This document shows, piece by piece, positions 1-10,590 of a DNA stretch of 64,000 nt. This DNA is from Azolla caroliniana (lineage: Eukaryota; Plantae; Polypodiophyta). The position numbers were made by a program, and so were the translations under genes. Below the pieces are notes generated by a model. It was not told where the DNA came from. It saw only the letters and a program-made list of their open reading frames with translations, and did not search any database. Location: the NCBI GenBank assembly GCA_043228905.1, contig JBHGNT010000006.1:9424001-9488000 (forward strand). Direction: 5' to 3'. Each line of letters opens with the position of its first letter. The first letter of the stretch is position 1.

Positions 1-613
1 AAGATGGCCAATCAATACAAATCACGGATGGAAGATTTGCTCAGCAACAAAGACTACGGAGGACTTGTACGGAGCTTATCCCAATGTTAAAGTCGCGATC
101 GGGGATGTGGAGATGGATCAACACTTCTTCGTGCTAGAATTGACGTCGCATCTTGTCCTCCTAGGACAACTGTATATCACATCATCTCGGATGGAGACCA
201 AAGTGTTCGATAATGGAGAAGCCTTCGCATGAATAAAGAGTCTTGACAACCAAAGATCTGTTCAATTCCTAATGGAGCGAGCTAATCATGAAAGAAATCG
301 AGATAGTCTTGGAGGCGAATCCTCGGATTTTTAGAGCGGACTATTGAAGCATGGGGCACAAATAGTCCGAGCGATCACAAGTCCCCACAAGAAAGAAGAG
401 CACATGGATTACGAGGAGAAGCAACATGTGTCACACCTAGTGGCACATGTAAACTAGTACTACCTGACAAGAAGGACAAGCTTCAGATACAAGAATTCGA
501 GAAGATGCTGAAAGAAGAAAACATAATAGAAGAAGAAGATTTCGTGACTCATATTATGGAAGAAGCCTCATTTAACGACACCATCGGCGAAATCGAGGAC
601 GTCGTGGACTTGA

Positions 614-3600
614 TTGAGCTATCTTCACGACCAACGCATGATTTCGGTTAACTCCGTCAACATGTACGCTATCATCGATGAATACCATCATGGCATCTTG
701 ATGGAGGAAGCTGAAGTTAACACAAAATATAAAATGGTGGATAAGAAGATCAAGCCAGTTGCGGTTCCGCTACCGGAAGATAGCTGGCAAAAGATGAAGG
801 AAGTCGCTAACGATCCAAGCTTAAGAGACCCAAAGACAATAGGTCATGTCTTCACCGAAGAGACGAAAAGAAAGTTACGAGTTGGAAAGGAGGATTTCCT
901 CCTCCCTGAAGAGGAGCGAAAGTTTTATGAAATGCTTGAAAGGCATGGGAAAGCCTTCATGTTCTCTCCCCAAGAAATCGGATGTGATGACCCAAAGATT
1001 ATAGAGCCGATTGTGATCTTCACGGTGCCGCATGTGCCTTGGAATTTGAAACCGATACTAGTTCCAAGAGTGCACCTTCCGAAGCTGATTGAGCTTTTAA
1101 AGGAGAAAGTGAATATGGGTATTCTAGAACCGTCGAATGCTCCTCACTCTAATAGGTGGTTCACGGTGCCGAAGAAGAATGGATCATTGCGATTCATCCA
1201 AGATCTTCAACCCGTCAACAAGGTGACAATTCGAAATGCTGGAATTGGTCCGAGCGTGGACAAATTTGCCAAGGCGTTTGCGGGCCGGTCCATCTACTCC
1301 ATTGGTGATCTCTACTCCGGATATGACCAATTCCAATTGGCGATCGACAATCGTGACATTACAACCATGAGGACTTTGATCGGGCTCGTGCGGATGTGTA
1401 CCTTACCTCAAGGTGCAACGAACTCAGTGGCTCATATGGTGAATGCCATGAACAAGGTCTTGAAGGATTGCATCTCGGACATCACGATGCCATTCTTGGA
1501 TGATATTCCGATAAAAGGATGTTCAGATGAGGAGAAAGATGAATCGAAAGATAAGGAAGGGTGTAGAAAGTTCATCATGGATCATATGAAAGATTGTGAG
1601 AAGGTGCTCCAAAGGCTTGAAGATGTGAATTTGACGTTTTTGAGAGAAAAATCCACATTCGGGCAACCATAGATCTTGGTGGTAGGTCACTTGTGTGGAG
1701 CATACGGCCGGAAGCCTTCACCATCCAAGGTGAACACGATCTAGGATATGAAAGAAGAATGTGTAAACCAAACAGAGGTTCGAAGGTTCCTTGGAGCATG
1801 CGCGTTTTATCATATCTGGATTCCGCACTATGCCCATGTCGCCGAGCCTTTATATGGATTGCTAAAGAAAAGAATGAAGTTCGAATGGCAAGACGAACAC
1901 ACAAACGCGATGCGAAAGTTGAAGAAACTACTTCTTGAAGCTCCAACATTAAGAAACGCCGACTATACCGAAGGGAAGCCGATTTATGTGACTGTCGATA
2001 TGAGTCCAACCGGAATCGGGTGGGTCATCAACCAAGAAGGAGAAGATAATGCGCAATATGTCATTCGGTTCGGAGCAAAGGTTCTCAGCGAACGACAACA
2101 AAGATACGCCGAAGTCAAGCGAGAACTTTAGGGTATTGTGTCGGCAGTGAAGACGGACAAAGATTACCTGATCGGATCGAAAGTAATAATTGAGACCAAT
2201 TGTCTCCCAATCCTTGGGATTATCTTAGGATGTGCGACACCAGATCTAGCTATGCTAAGGTGGATCGCCTATATCAAGTCTTTAAACCCAGAGATCCGCC
2301 ATATTGTAGGGAAGAAGAACGCCATGGCTGACATGCTGTCGAGGGCAAGATTTGAGAATGAAGGTGACATGGTTTTAGAAAATGAAGACGTCACCCTCGA
2401 CTTCTTCAAGATGGAGCCCTCCACTATAGGCGGAAGACAAGGGCACGCTAACCCTCCACGCCTTCAACGAGGACGAGTACGAAGGGGAGTGGTTACTAAT
2501 CGGCAGATTCCTAAGAATGATGACGACGGATGCTTCGTTGACGAAGGAGGAGGCCCTACGAATCCGGAAGAAACCAAAATGAAGGACACCCAAAAAGAAG
2601 GACAGGAATACCACGTCGAGTGGTGGTGAAGAAAGAAGAGCAAGTGACGCTAATGACCGAATTCCACAAGAGTCCCTGGGCAGGTCATAGAGGAACACGG
2701 GCGACGTTTGAGAAGTTGAAGGAGAAGTATTGGTGGCCAAGCATGTACAAAGATGTACTCCATTTCGTGTCCACATGCGAAACATGCCAAGTACATTCGA
2801 ATATCCGTCATCGTGATGAGCTATGACCGACATACCCGCTCACCATACACTTCAAATGGATGGTGGATCTGGTCTCAATGCCAATGGGAGTGGGACAAAT
2901 GAAGTACTTAGCTCTGGCAAGAGAAGACTTGACAAATCAAGTGGAAGGACGAGCCTTGACAAATAAAATGATGTTGGTTGTTTGCATATTTCTACTCAAA
3001 GAGGTTGTCTGTCGATACAGATGTGTAGGAAAGATAGTTGCCGACCGAGGGGAGTTGGATGCACACGAAGCAACGGAGCTCTTCGAACGACTAGGCGTGA
3101 AGCTCTCCCTCACGACTGCCTACAATCCAAAAGCACATGGAAAGATTGAGCGAGGGCATGGAACTATCGTCAAAACCATCGTGCGAGCATGCAACGGTCG
3201 AGTCGAGAATTGGCCACGACTATTGCCCTATGCCTTGTGGGCCGACAGAACGACACACAACTCGGTGACGGGGTATATGCCAACAGAGCTTATGTATGGA
3301 CAAAAGCCGGTAATGCCCATCGAAAGGACGATCGCCTCCTAAGTAGCGATACCATGGGAGAACGAGATGAGCTGAGAAGAGTTTTTAGTGGCACGGATAA
3401 GGCAACTTGAAAGGAGACCTGAAGATCTAGAAAAAGCGCGAAAGATGATGGAGGCAGCCCGAGTGAAGAACAAAATTCAGTTCGACAAGACGCATCGACT
3501 GCGTCCCAAGAAATCGAAGAAGGAGATTGGGTATTGGTCTACGACAACAGCCTTGACAATCAACACAGTACAACAAGGAATTTCGCAAGTAGATGGTTCG

Positions 3601-3800
3601 GACCATATATAGTGATATGTGCCAACGACAATGCAACATACCACCTTGCGGAGCTAGATGGATCAAGGCTGGCCATACCCATTGCCGGGAAAAGAGTAAA
3701 GATTTTTAAGAAAAGACAAGACGAGGATCCTGACCTCGATCATCTCGACGATGAAGGTAATAGTGCGGATGTGAATGAAGATGTGGAAGAATCTGATTAA
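614..3800 (+). pseudogene. pol: gypsy pol (RT-RNase H-integrase), fragmented
   Basis: ORF pieces 614-1672, 1748-2131, 2138-2629, 2620-2826, 2860-3342, 3388-3612 and 3534-3800 carry consecutive pol motifs separated by stops/frameshifts. Confidence 0.92.
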
Positions 3801-4909
3801 TCACCGTCGCCGAAATCTTGCACTCTCTCTTCTTGGCACGTACCGGAGGACATGCGGTTTGGTGGGGGTGGATGTCGTGAAGATTTTCGGCGATAGTGTG
3901 AAACTTGTAAGGAACATACGAAATCGAGCGTGGTTCTTCACACGAAATATAAACAATAATAGTAAATATACTATTTTAAATAAGTTTAATACCTCGGTAC
4001 AAAATGATGGAGGTCTTGAAGAGCTTCTGAATGTACTTTACTACATAGGAAACATACATCTAAGTGTCGAGTTATGTGGGTATAAAGTTTGCAAAGAAGA
4101 AGAGAAAAATATGTGATATCCCACATAGACAGGACAAATAAGGAACCCACCATATATAAGGCAGAGAAAAAGCTATTATCTTTGTGTTTATGTGTGGAGT
4201 ATAGAAAGGTTAAGTTGTATGACTTAACGAATGAATGTAGCCAAATGCACATAACTACGTATTTTGGACGAATCCGGTGGCGGCGATCGACGGTGACTGG
4301 TGACGACGACCGACGACGATCCTTGCATATTCAAAAGGAGTGCAAGTGAAGACTTGATCCTTGCACCTCCACATTGAGAGTCTATAGACTTACCACTAGG
4401 CTATGTCATTTCTTTAGAAATGTTTTCCCTATCATTATAGTTTTACATGTAAATTCTCATATTAGAGCTTAATTGAGTGAGATGTGATGCATGAGTGCCA
4501 AATGGCAAACATGCATCACATGCATTCCATGCATCACATGCATTCCATGCATTGTATGCATGTCTTGTACCCTCACATGCATCATATGCATGGGTGCGTT
4601 TTTAAGATTGCTTAAAGTGTGCGGAACTTCATCGAGGGTTGTTTGGGGTGGACTCAAGTTTAGATCTTATTTGTATGTCTAAACATAAGTAGTGATATAG
4701 TTTTAGAAGAATAGAAAAGTGAGGGCGTGGGTGGGGGTTAGGGGAGTGTAGCTTGTTGAAATTATCAAAAGTATTTAAACCTAATCAAAGTTTTTAGAAT
4801 ATATTAAAGATCATTGGGATAACTTAAGTTATTAGACAACAATAACGTACTATTAAAACACCAATATAGAGTATTATTAAAACGGGACCACACGCTTAGA
4901 TGAACGGGA

Positions 4910-5440
4910 GTTGTTTAAACACACGCTTAAGCAAACACTTAAAAGAAAGATTATTATAAAAAATAAAAATAAAAATAAAAATAGAAAAGAGAGATTGAGA
5001 TTAAAAAATGATTATGGTTAAGAAGGGATTATGATTAAGGGGGAAGGGGTTGCTAAACAAAGTACTTAAACGAATGTTTAAACAAATATTTAGATAAGAA
5101 AACACTTGGGCAAACACTTAACGCAAGGTTAGGATTAAAAGAGAAGGGAGGGATTATGGTTAAAGAAAAGGGGTCATGGTTGAGAAGAGAATGATTATGA
5201 TTAAGAGAGGAGAATACTTAAACAAAAAGTTAAACCTAAAAATGATTGAACAAGTACTTAAAAAAAAGGGGTTAAACAAGTACGTAATAAAAATGTTTAT
5301 TAAACAAGTACTTAATAGAAAATGATTAAATAAATGCTTAAAAACTTAAGACAAAATTTTTTTTGATAAAAAAGTGATTAAACAAGTACTTAATAAAAAT
5401 TTATTAAATAAGTACTTAAGAACTTAAGACAAAAAATTAG
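4910..5440. repeat. AT-rich degenerate minisatellite in the PLE 3' region
   Basis: TTAAACAAGTACTTAA-like units at ~5052, 5246, 5272, 5300, 5326, 5378 and 5404 (~26-28 nt spacing in the cluster), plus GATTATG(G/A)TTAAG units at 5010-5205. Confidence 0.75.
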
Positions 5441-5490
5441 ATAAGAGCAACACATAGAAGGAAAGAAAGTTTTACTATCATAAGGCAACG

Positions 5491-5536
5491 ATCGGCAAAT
5501 GCATTTCGCCTCGATGGAGGCTCTTCATTGCCCGAT
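5491..5536 (-). ncRNA. Minimal type I hammerhead-ribozyme-like motif (variant core)
   Basis: Minus strand reads ATCGGGCA-ATGAAGA-GCCTC-CATC-GAGGC-GAAA-TGCA-TT-TGCCGAT: stem I (one bulge), core with A in place of C3, 5-bp stem II, GAAA, palindromic UGCA stem III, AUU triplet. Sense to the PLE. Confidence 0.7.
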
Positions 5537-5698
5537 GTACAAATGATGAAAACTAAGCCTACTAGGTTGCTCTTTTTATAGGGAGAGGGAGGAGAGTCCT
5601 TTGTATGTGGGACATACAAAAGTGTGTACAAAGGGAAGGTACAAGAGTGTACACAAGACTTTAGGTGGGGGTTAAGAGGGGTGAGAGTGCATAAAACA

Positions 5699-7469
5699 TT
5701 AGGTGGGGGGAAAGGATGCGTGTACTAGGTGGTTTCTTAGTTTTTTACCATTTAGCCAACACGTGAGAGGGGGTGTAAGGGAAGTGTATTGTGGTTGTCC
5801 TAGAAGGGGTTTAAGTTTGTTTCTCACGAGCGCTCCGGTTTGGAGTTTTTTGATACATGGGGAGTATCGAAGCTTAAAAACAATGGGTGGAGGTTTTTTG
5901 TTGTTGGGTTGGTTAGAGAGTAGTTGGTTTCGTATGGAGTAGGGGACGGTCGAAAAACACTTGAGTAGGAACTTCGATGGGTAGCCCCTAGCTCTTAGGC
6001 GGTTGTAGAACTTTTTGCGTAGTTCCATGTAGCCATTTTCCGAGCTCTCCCGGATAGCATACCGTTTTAGTTCGCCCGTGATGAAGCCCTTTTTGTGTGC
6101 TATGGGGTGCGAGGATTTCCACGGGAGGTACATGTAGGCATTGAGAGGTTTTTGGTGGCATGTGGTGTCGAGGATGCCGAATTCTTTAAAGTATGGGCCT
6201 TTGAAGAAGTCGACGTCCAGGATGGTGATCTCTTTAGGGGAGGTTGTTGATTCAATACGGATGTGTTGTTGTAGAGGCACGCCGTATTGGTGTAAGAAGG
6301 TGTGAAGTGTATCGGGGGAACCTTCCCAAACTCCTATGGCATCATCGATGTAGCGTTTGTAGTAGAGTAGTTGCGGTGTTTGGAAAGCTAGGTTGTCGTC
6401 CTCTAGCTGCGAAAGAAACAAGCAAGCGTAAACAACCGCAAAATTACTACCCATCGCAGTGCCTTTAATTTGTAACCAAAAAGCATTATTAAAGGAGAGA
6501 AAATTGTTTCTAAGTATTAGTTCGGCAACACTCATAATGATTTTGGTTTTGTGGTGGGAAATGATGTGAAATAGATTTTTTAAAAACCAATAGACCTTCC
6601 GTGGTAGGTATACTGGGATATAGTGACACTACGTCAAAAGAAAACAACGTGCAAGTTTTGGGGAAGGTGTGGTGTGCTAGGTCCTTAACAAGTGTTAAGG
6701 AGTCTTTGAGGTGTTGTTTTTTAGACAATAAGACAAGATGTAATAGATGGTGTAGCCATTTAGAGGCTCTTTCGAAAACATAATTGTTGTAGGCGCAAAT
6801 AGGGCGTCCTACAACAATGGGCTTGTGGATTTTGGGGATGATGTAGAAACGACATATCCTGAAACCATGTTTGGGTTTCTGAAGGAGGAATCTAATTTCC
6901 TCATTGGAGAGGTGGGGGGAAGCTTTCAGACATAGGTGTTCAAGTCGACTGTGGAGAGTTTCTAGGGGGACGTCTTTGACGGGGGTGTAAGTGTTTTTGT
7001 CGTTGAGCTGTCTAAGGCATTCGTTAAGGTACCAATCCTTAGAGAGAATGCACGTGCCTAGATTTTTATCCGCGGGTTTAATAACTATGTCTTGATTTTT
7101 TTTGAGATTATGTAGTGCAGTTCTAAAGTTCCTATGAGGGCGAGGTTGGATGGTGGGTGGGGAGGGGAGGGCAGAGGTGATAGATGTGATGGTTTGTGTG
7201 ATTTCTGGGACGGCTGGGGGATTCCAACTGGGGTTCGGTATTCTAAATGGAGAGATAATGTTAGTAGAGTTTCTAAAGAAATATTTGAGGCGGTAAGTTC
7301 TATTGAAGGATACAACGGCATCTATCAATTGTTGTTTTCTAATAGGTTGGGGTGGGGGAATAAAGTCTAGACCTAAGCTTAGAAGTTTGAGTTGGGGTGG
7401 AGGAAGGTGGAAAGAGGAAAGGTTGTGCAATGAGTGATTAGTGATCCTATTCTCGAGCTGGGAGGGTGT
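5699..7469 (-). pseudogene. PLE reverse transcriptase (~590 aa when repaired; single +1 frameshift near 6545)
   Basis: N-terminal HNLSS..LLSLGLDFIP, IVIKPADKNLG, FYIIPKIHK, FDVVSLYPSIP, QIKGTAMGSNFA, YKRYIDD, ILDV and thumb YLPWKSSHP..ELKRY..LRARGYP. ORFs 6510-7430 and 5699-6535 join by removing one A from CACAAAACC. The frame is open up to the 7471 junction. Confidence 0.9.
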
Positions 7470-7471
7470 GC

Positions 7472-7697
7472 AATGTGTAAACCAAACAGAGGTTCGAAGG
7501 TTCCTTGGAGCATGCGCGTTTTATCATATCTGGATTCCGCACTATGCCCATGTCGCCGAGCCTTTATATGGATTGCTAAAGAAAAGAATGAAGTTCGAAT
7601 GGCAAGACGAACACACAAACGCGATGCGAAAGTTGAAGAAACTACTTCTTGAAGCTCCAACATTAAGAAACGCCGACTATACCGAAGGGAAGCCGAT
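7472..7697 (+). repeat. Exact 226-bp copy of gypsy pol 1758-1983 (templated filler)
   Basis: Base-by-base identical to 1758-1983 (AATGTGTAAACC...GGGAAGCCGAT). The same peptides appear twice in the ORF track. Confidence 0.95.
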
Positions 7698-7881
7698 CTA
7701 AAGTTAAAAGTACGATCTTATCTCTCTCACTCTCTATCTCTCTCTCGCCATCTCAATCTCTCTCCCTCAAACTATCTTAAATCCTTTCTCGCTAAAGCTA
7801 GTGGGTGCTTCAAGTCCTTCCGGTCCAGAACCCCGGCGGTTCCGCCTCACGATCTGCACATAGAGACGGATCTTCACGACA

Positions 7882-9274
7882 CCGGCACCGCTATTCGCGT
7901 CCGGTCAAGCTCCGCAAGATGGTAAGTACCGTTGTTGTTTGAGCTCGTTACGGTGTAGGGCCCGAATCACCTCCTTGCAAACTTCCACGTCGCTTTGTGC
8001 TGGTTGTCCAGGCTGTTGTCGTAAACCAGCACCTAGTCACCTTCCTTGATCTTCTTCGGTCGTAGCTGGTGGGTTTGGTCGAACCGGCCCTTGTTCTTTA
8101 TCCTTGCCGCGTACAGCTTTGCCTTCGCCCGCTCCACGTCCTCCGGTCTTCGTTCGAGCTGCCGAAAATGCGCCGCTAACAACTCTTCCCGACTCATCTT
8201 GTCTCTCCAATTCACCGCGGCCCATTTGGAGATTGTCCGTTCAATCGGCGTGATCGACTTCTCCCCGTACATCAGCTCTGTCGCCATGAACCCGGTTACC
8301 GAACTATGCGTACTTCGGTCTGCCCATAACGCGTAAGGCATAAGCCGCAACCAGTTCCCGATTTGTCCTCCGCATGCCCACACCAACGCTTTTATGATCC
8401 GCCCGTGCCCACGCTGTACCTTCTCGTTAGCCTTCGGGTTGTACGCCGTAGTGAGGGAGAGCCTAACCCGTAGTTGTCCAAACAACTCTTTTGCTTCCTG
8501 CACATCCAACTCTCCCCGGTCAACCACGATCTTCCCTACACACCCATATCAACATACCACCTCTTCGATTAGGAACGGGCACACAACTGCGGTCGTCTTG
8601 TTGGGCAATGTACGACCCTCCACTTGGTTCGTCAAGTCCTCTCGAGCAAGCACCAGGCACTGCATCTACCCTACCCCGATCAACATCGTCACTAAGTCCA
8701 CCATCCACTTGAAGTGGACGGTCGGTGGGTAGGTCGGGTGCAGCTCGTCTCGATGTCGGATCGCAGAGTGCAATTGGTAGCTCTCGCACGTTGTTACAAA
8801 CTGGTGCACGTCCCAGTACAACCTCGACCACCAATACTTCTCATTCAACTTTTCGAATGTGGCCCATGTCCCGTGGTATCCGGCCCAAGGAATCATGCTA
8901 CGCTGTCAACAAAGCCTCGTGCTCTTCCTTCCCTGCCACTACACGGAGTGGAATACCGCCTCTCTTTTTCGGGAGCTTCCATATGTCCCCGTCCTGCAGG
9001 AAGAATTGGTACGCCTTCTTCCGGATCCGGTTAGCTTCGTCTTCCATCCAGGCGGCGTCTGGCGTCATTGTCTTCAGGAACCTACTGATCTGGAGCTAGT
9101 CCTTGTTGTACTCACCGTCATTGAACTCGCTAAGCGCCGGAGTGCTCCTTGTCCTCGTCATCATGCAAGCCGACTCGAAGAAGTCCACGCCGACTTCTTC
9201 TTCCTCCGAAACCATGCCATCTTCGTTATCAAACCGCGCTCTTGAAAGCATGTCGGCCATGGCGTTGTCCTTCA
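7882..9274 (-). mobile_element. Second gypsy copy of the same lineage (RNase H end, zinc finger, integrase), decayed
   Basis: Minus-strand ORFs 8033-8527 (LSLTTAYNPKAN..ALWADRSTHSSVTG) and 8666-8896 (WAGYHGTWATFEKL..HFKWMVDLV); KDNAMADMLSRARF at ~9230-9272. Confidence 0.88.
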
Positions 9275-10590
9275 TGTTACCCGATCCTTTGGGTGAACAC
9301 CTTCGATAGACCTGCGGCTATCGGTATCCAAGGGTGTGGTACGTGAAGGCTCGTAACAGAGGCGTCGTGAGGAAGCAAATGATCAGAGCTAAAACACTAG
9401 CGAGATCTTGATAGGCGTGGGCGGCGCTGAAATCATAAGTATGAGCCAAAGCACAGAAACATGGAGCAAAAATAGGCACAAATAAGATATATTACTACAA
9501 CACCAAAAGGATTACAGAACACGGCCTACGGCCGGTGACCTTACAGGATTATCTAGTTACGATGGACTAAGCTAGTGCTTCCGCCTATATTTTCTGCTCT
9601 CGCTCTGAGGTACTGAACCTCGTTTAAATACGTTTCCCCTAATACACAACCGAGCCATCGGTGGCCCGTGATACTCGGACTCGGCGCTCGCTGGAGTTCT
9701 TTCCTACTCGGTTACACTACCGCCGTTTGCTAATTTCCTAATTCTATATTTCTGTCCTCTGGACACCACCTGGCACGCCCGTGGGACAGGACCTTGTCTG
9801 TCGGACCCACGACTTACAAAATACTAACAACATTACAAAAATTGCCTTTTAAGCGTGATCCTCGTTTCATTCCTCTTCTAAGATGTTGAGGATGTTTTCG
9901 GGGTCCGGGGTGCTGGCAGGGTGATCTGGTTGGACTGTCGGTGCGGGGGGTTGAGTTTGGTCTGGGGGTGTCATATCCTCTCGGGCGTCCACCTCAGGTG
10001 CGACCAATTCTTCTAGTGGTGGTGTGGGTTGGAGGGCACTAACCTCTACTTCGACTGGATCTGGTACCGTGTGGGCGTCCTCGGGAGGTCTATTGGCCGG
10101 GGCGAGTTCCTCCTGTGCCGTGTCCGTGATCTCCTCGCTGGGAGGTTCTTCCTTCTGCTCTGTGGCCATTGGAGGGCTGGTTGGGATGGCTGCGAGTCGT
10201 TCTCGTTCTCAGGCTTCTGCTTCCAAGCGAAACAACATCTGATCGTCATTGAAGTCCTCCAGCATTTGCTCGATTGTCGCGGTGTGAGATTTTGCCCAGG
10301 ACTGATAATCCTCGGTTAAATCTGCACGGAGGTTTTGTATGCTGGCTTCATCCATTTTGTAAAAGCCGCGTCCCTCCTTCCGTCGGTTCTCGGTGTCGGC
10401 GCGTAAAATATGCAATTCGGCAGCTTGGGCTGCCCATTCTTCTCCTGCGCGACTTAATGTTTCCTCGACCTTTTTGGTGAGATGTTGGCACATAAAACAT
10501 CCAAAAGTAACTAAGTTACAATGCGTTGGTTTATATACCAACTAAGCTAGGGCAACTGCCCTTTCTACTATTTACAAAACTAGCCCAACA
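9275..10590. mobile_element. Fragment of an unclassified LTR element: ~490-bp LTR (9275-9765), tRNA-Arg-complementary motif (9771-9787), minus-strand non-pol ORFs
   Basis: TGTTACCC...TCTGGACA ends; TGGCACGCCCGTGGGAC next to the LTR; acidic/Pro-rich ORFs 9867-10169 and 10209-10541 on minus. Orientation and right boundary uncertain. Confidence 0.5.

Larger units (their letters stand above)
4595..7471 (-). mobile_element. Penelope-like retroelement (PLE), 5'-truncated, no C-terminal endonuclease
   Basis: PLE-type RT ORF, downstream hammerhead-like fold and AT-rich repeat tail. Left boundary is approximate: similarity to the related LTR at 55561-55625 stops after ATCATATGCATGGG (~4594). Confidence 0.85.
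1..7881 (+). mobile_element. Ty3/gypsy LTR retrotransposon (non-chromovirus type), 5' part outside window; decayed pol plus 3' LTR
   Basis: Protease-like remnant 1-330; RT (WFTVPKKNGSLRFIQDLQPVN, DLYSGYDQ, LPQGATNS, FLDD); RNase H (VTVDMSPTGIG); His/Cys zinc finger; integrase (LTTAYNPKAHGKIERG, WFGPY); order PR-RT-RH-INT; several stops/frameshifts; PPT-like GGTGGGGGTGGA 3861-3872. Confidence 0.93.
3873..7881 (+). repeat. 3' LTR of the gypsy element, interrupted by the PLE and filler (~4595-7697)
   Basis: Starts TGTCGTGAAGA right after the PPT and ends TCTTCACGACA (perfect 11-bp inverted termini). 3' end (CCGGTCCAGAACCCCGG..GGTTCCG) resembles LTR ends at ~15065-15125 and ~55870-55933. Confidence 0.85.

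Noticed and set aside
4491-4682. Cys-rich metallothionein-like ORF (CITCIPCITCIPC)
   Set aside because: Translation of the ATGC/CATG repeat block of the gypsy LTR, also present at 55561-55620.
4735-4745. Telomeric repeat addition at the PLE end
   Set aside because: Only one TTAGGG unit and no array.
6530-6560. Programmed ribosomal frameshift in the PLE RT
   Set aside because: It falls inside the RT core, where PLEs have one ORF. A single extra A in a short run (mutation or sequencing error) is the simpler explanation.
7472-7697. Diversity-generating-retroelement-like template/variable repeat pair next to an RT
   Set aside because: The two copies are identical with no adenine-specific differences, the RT is PLE-type, and the context is eukaryotic.
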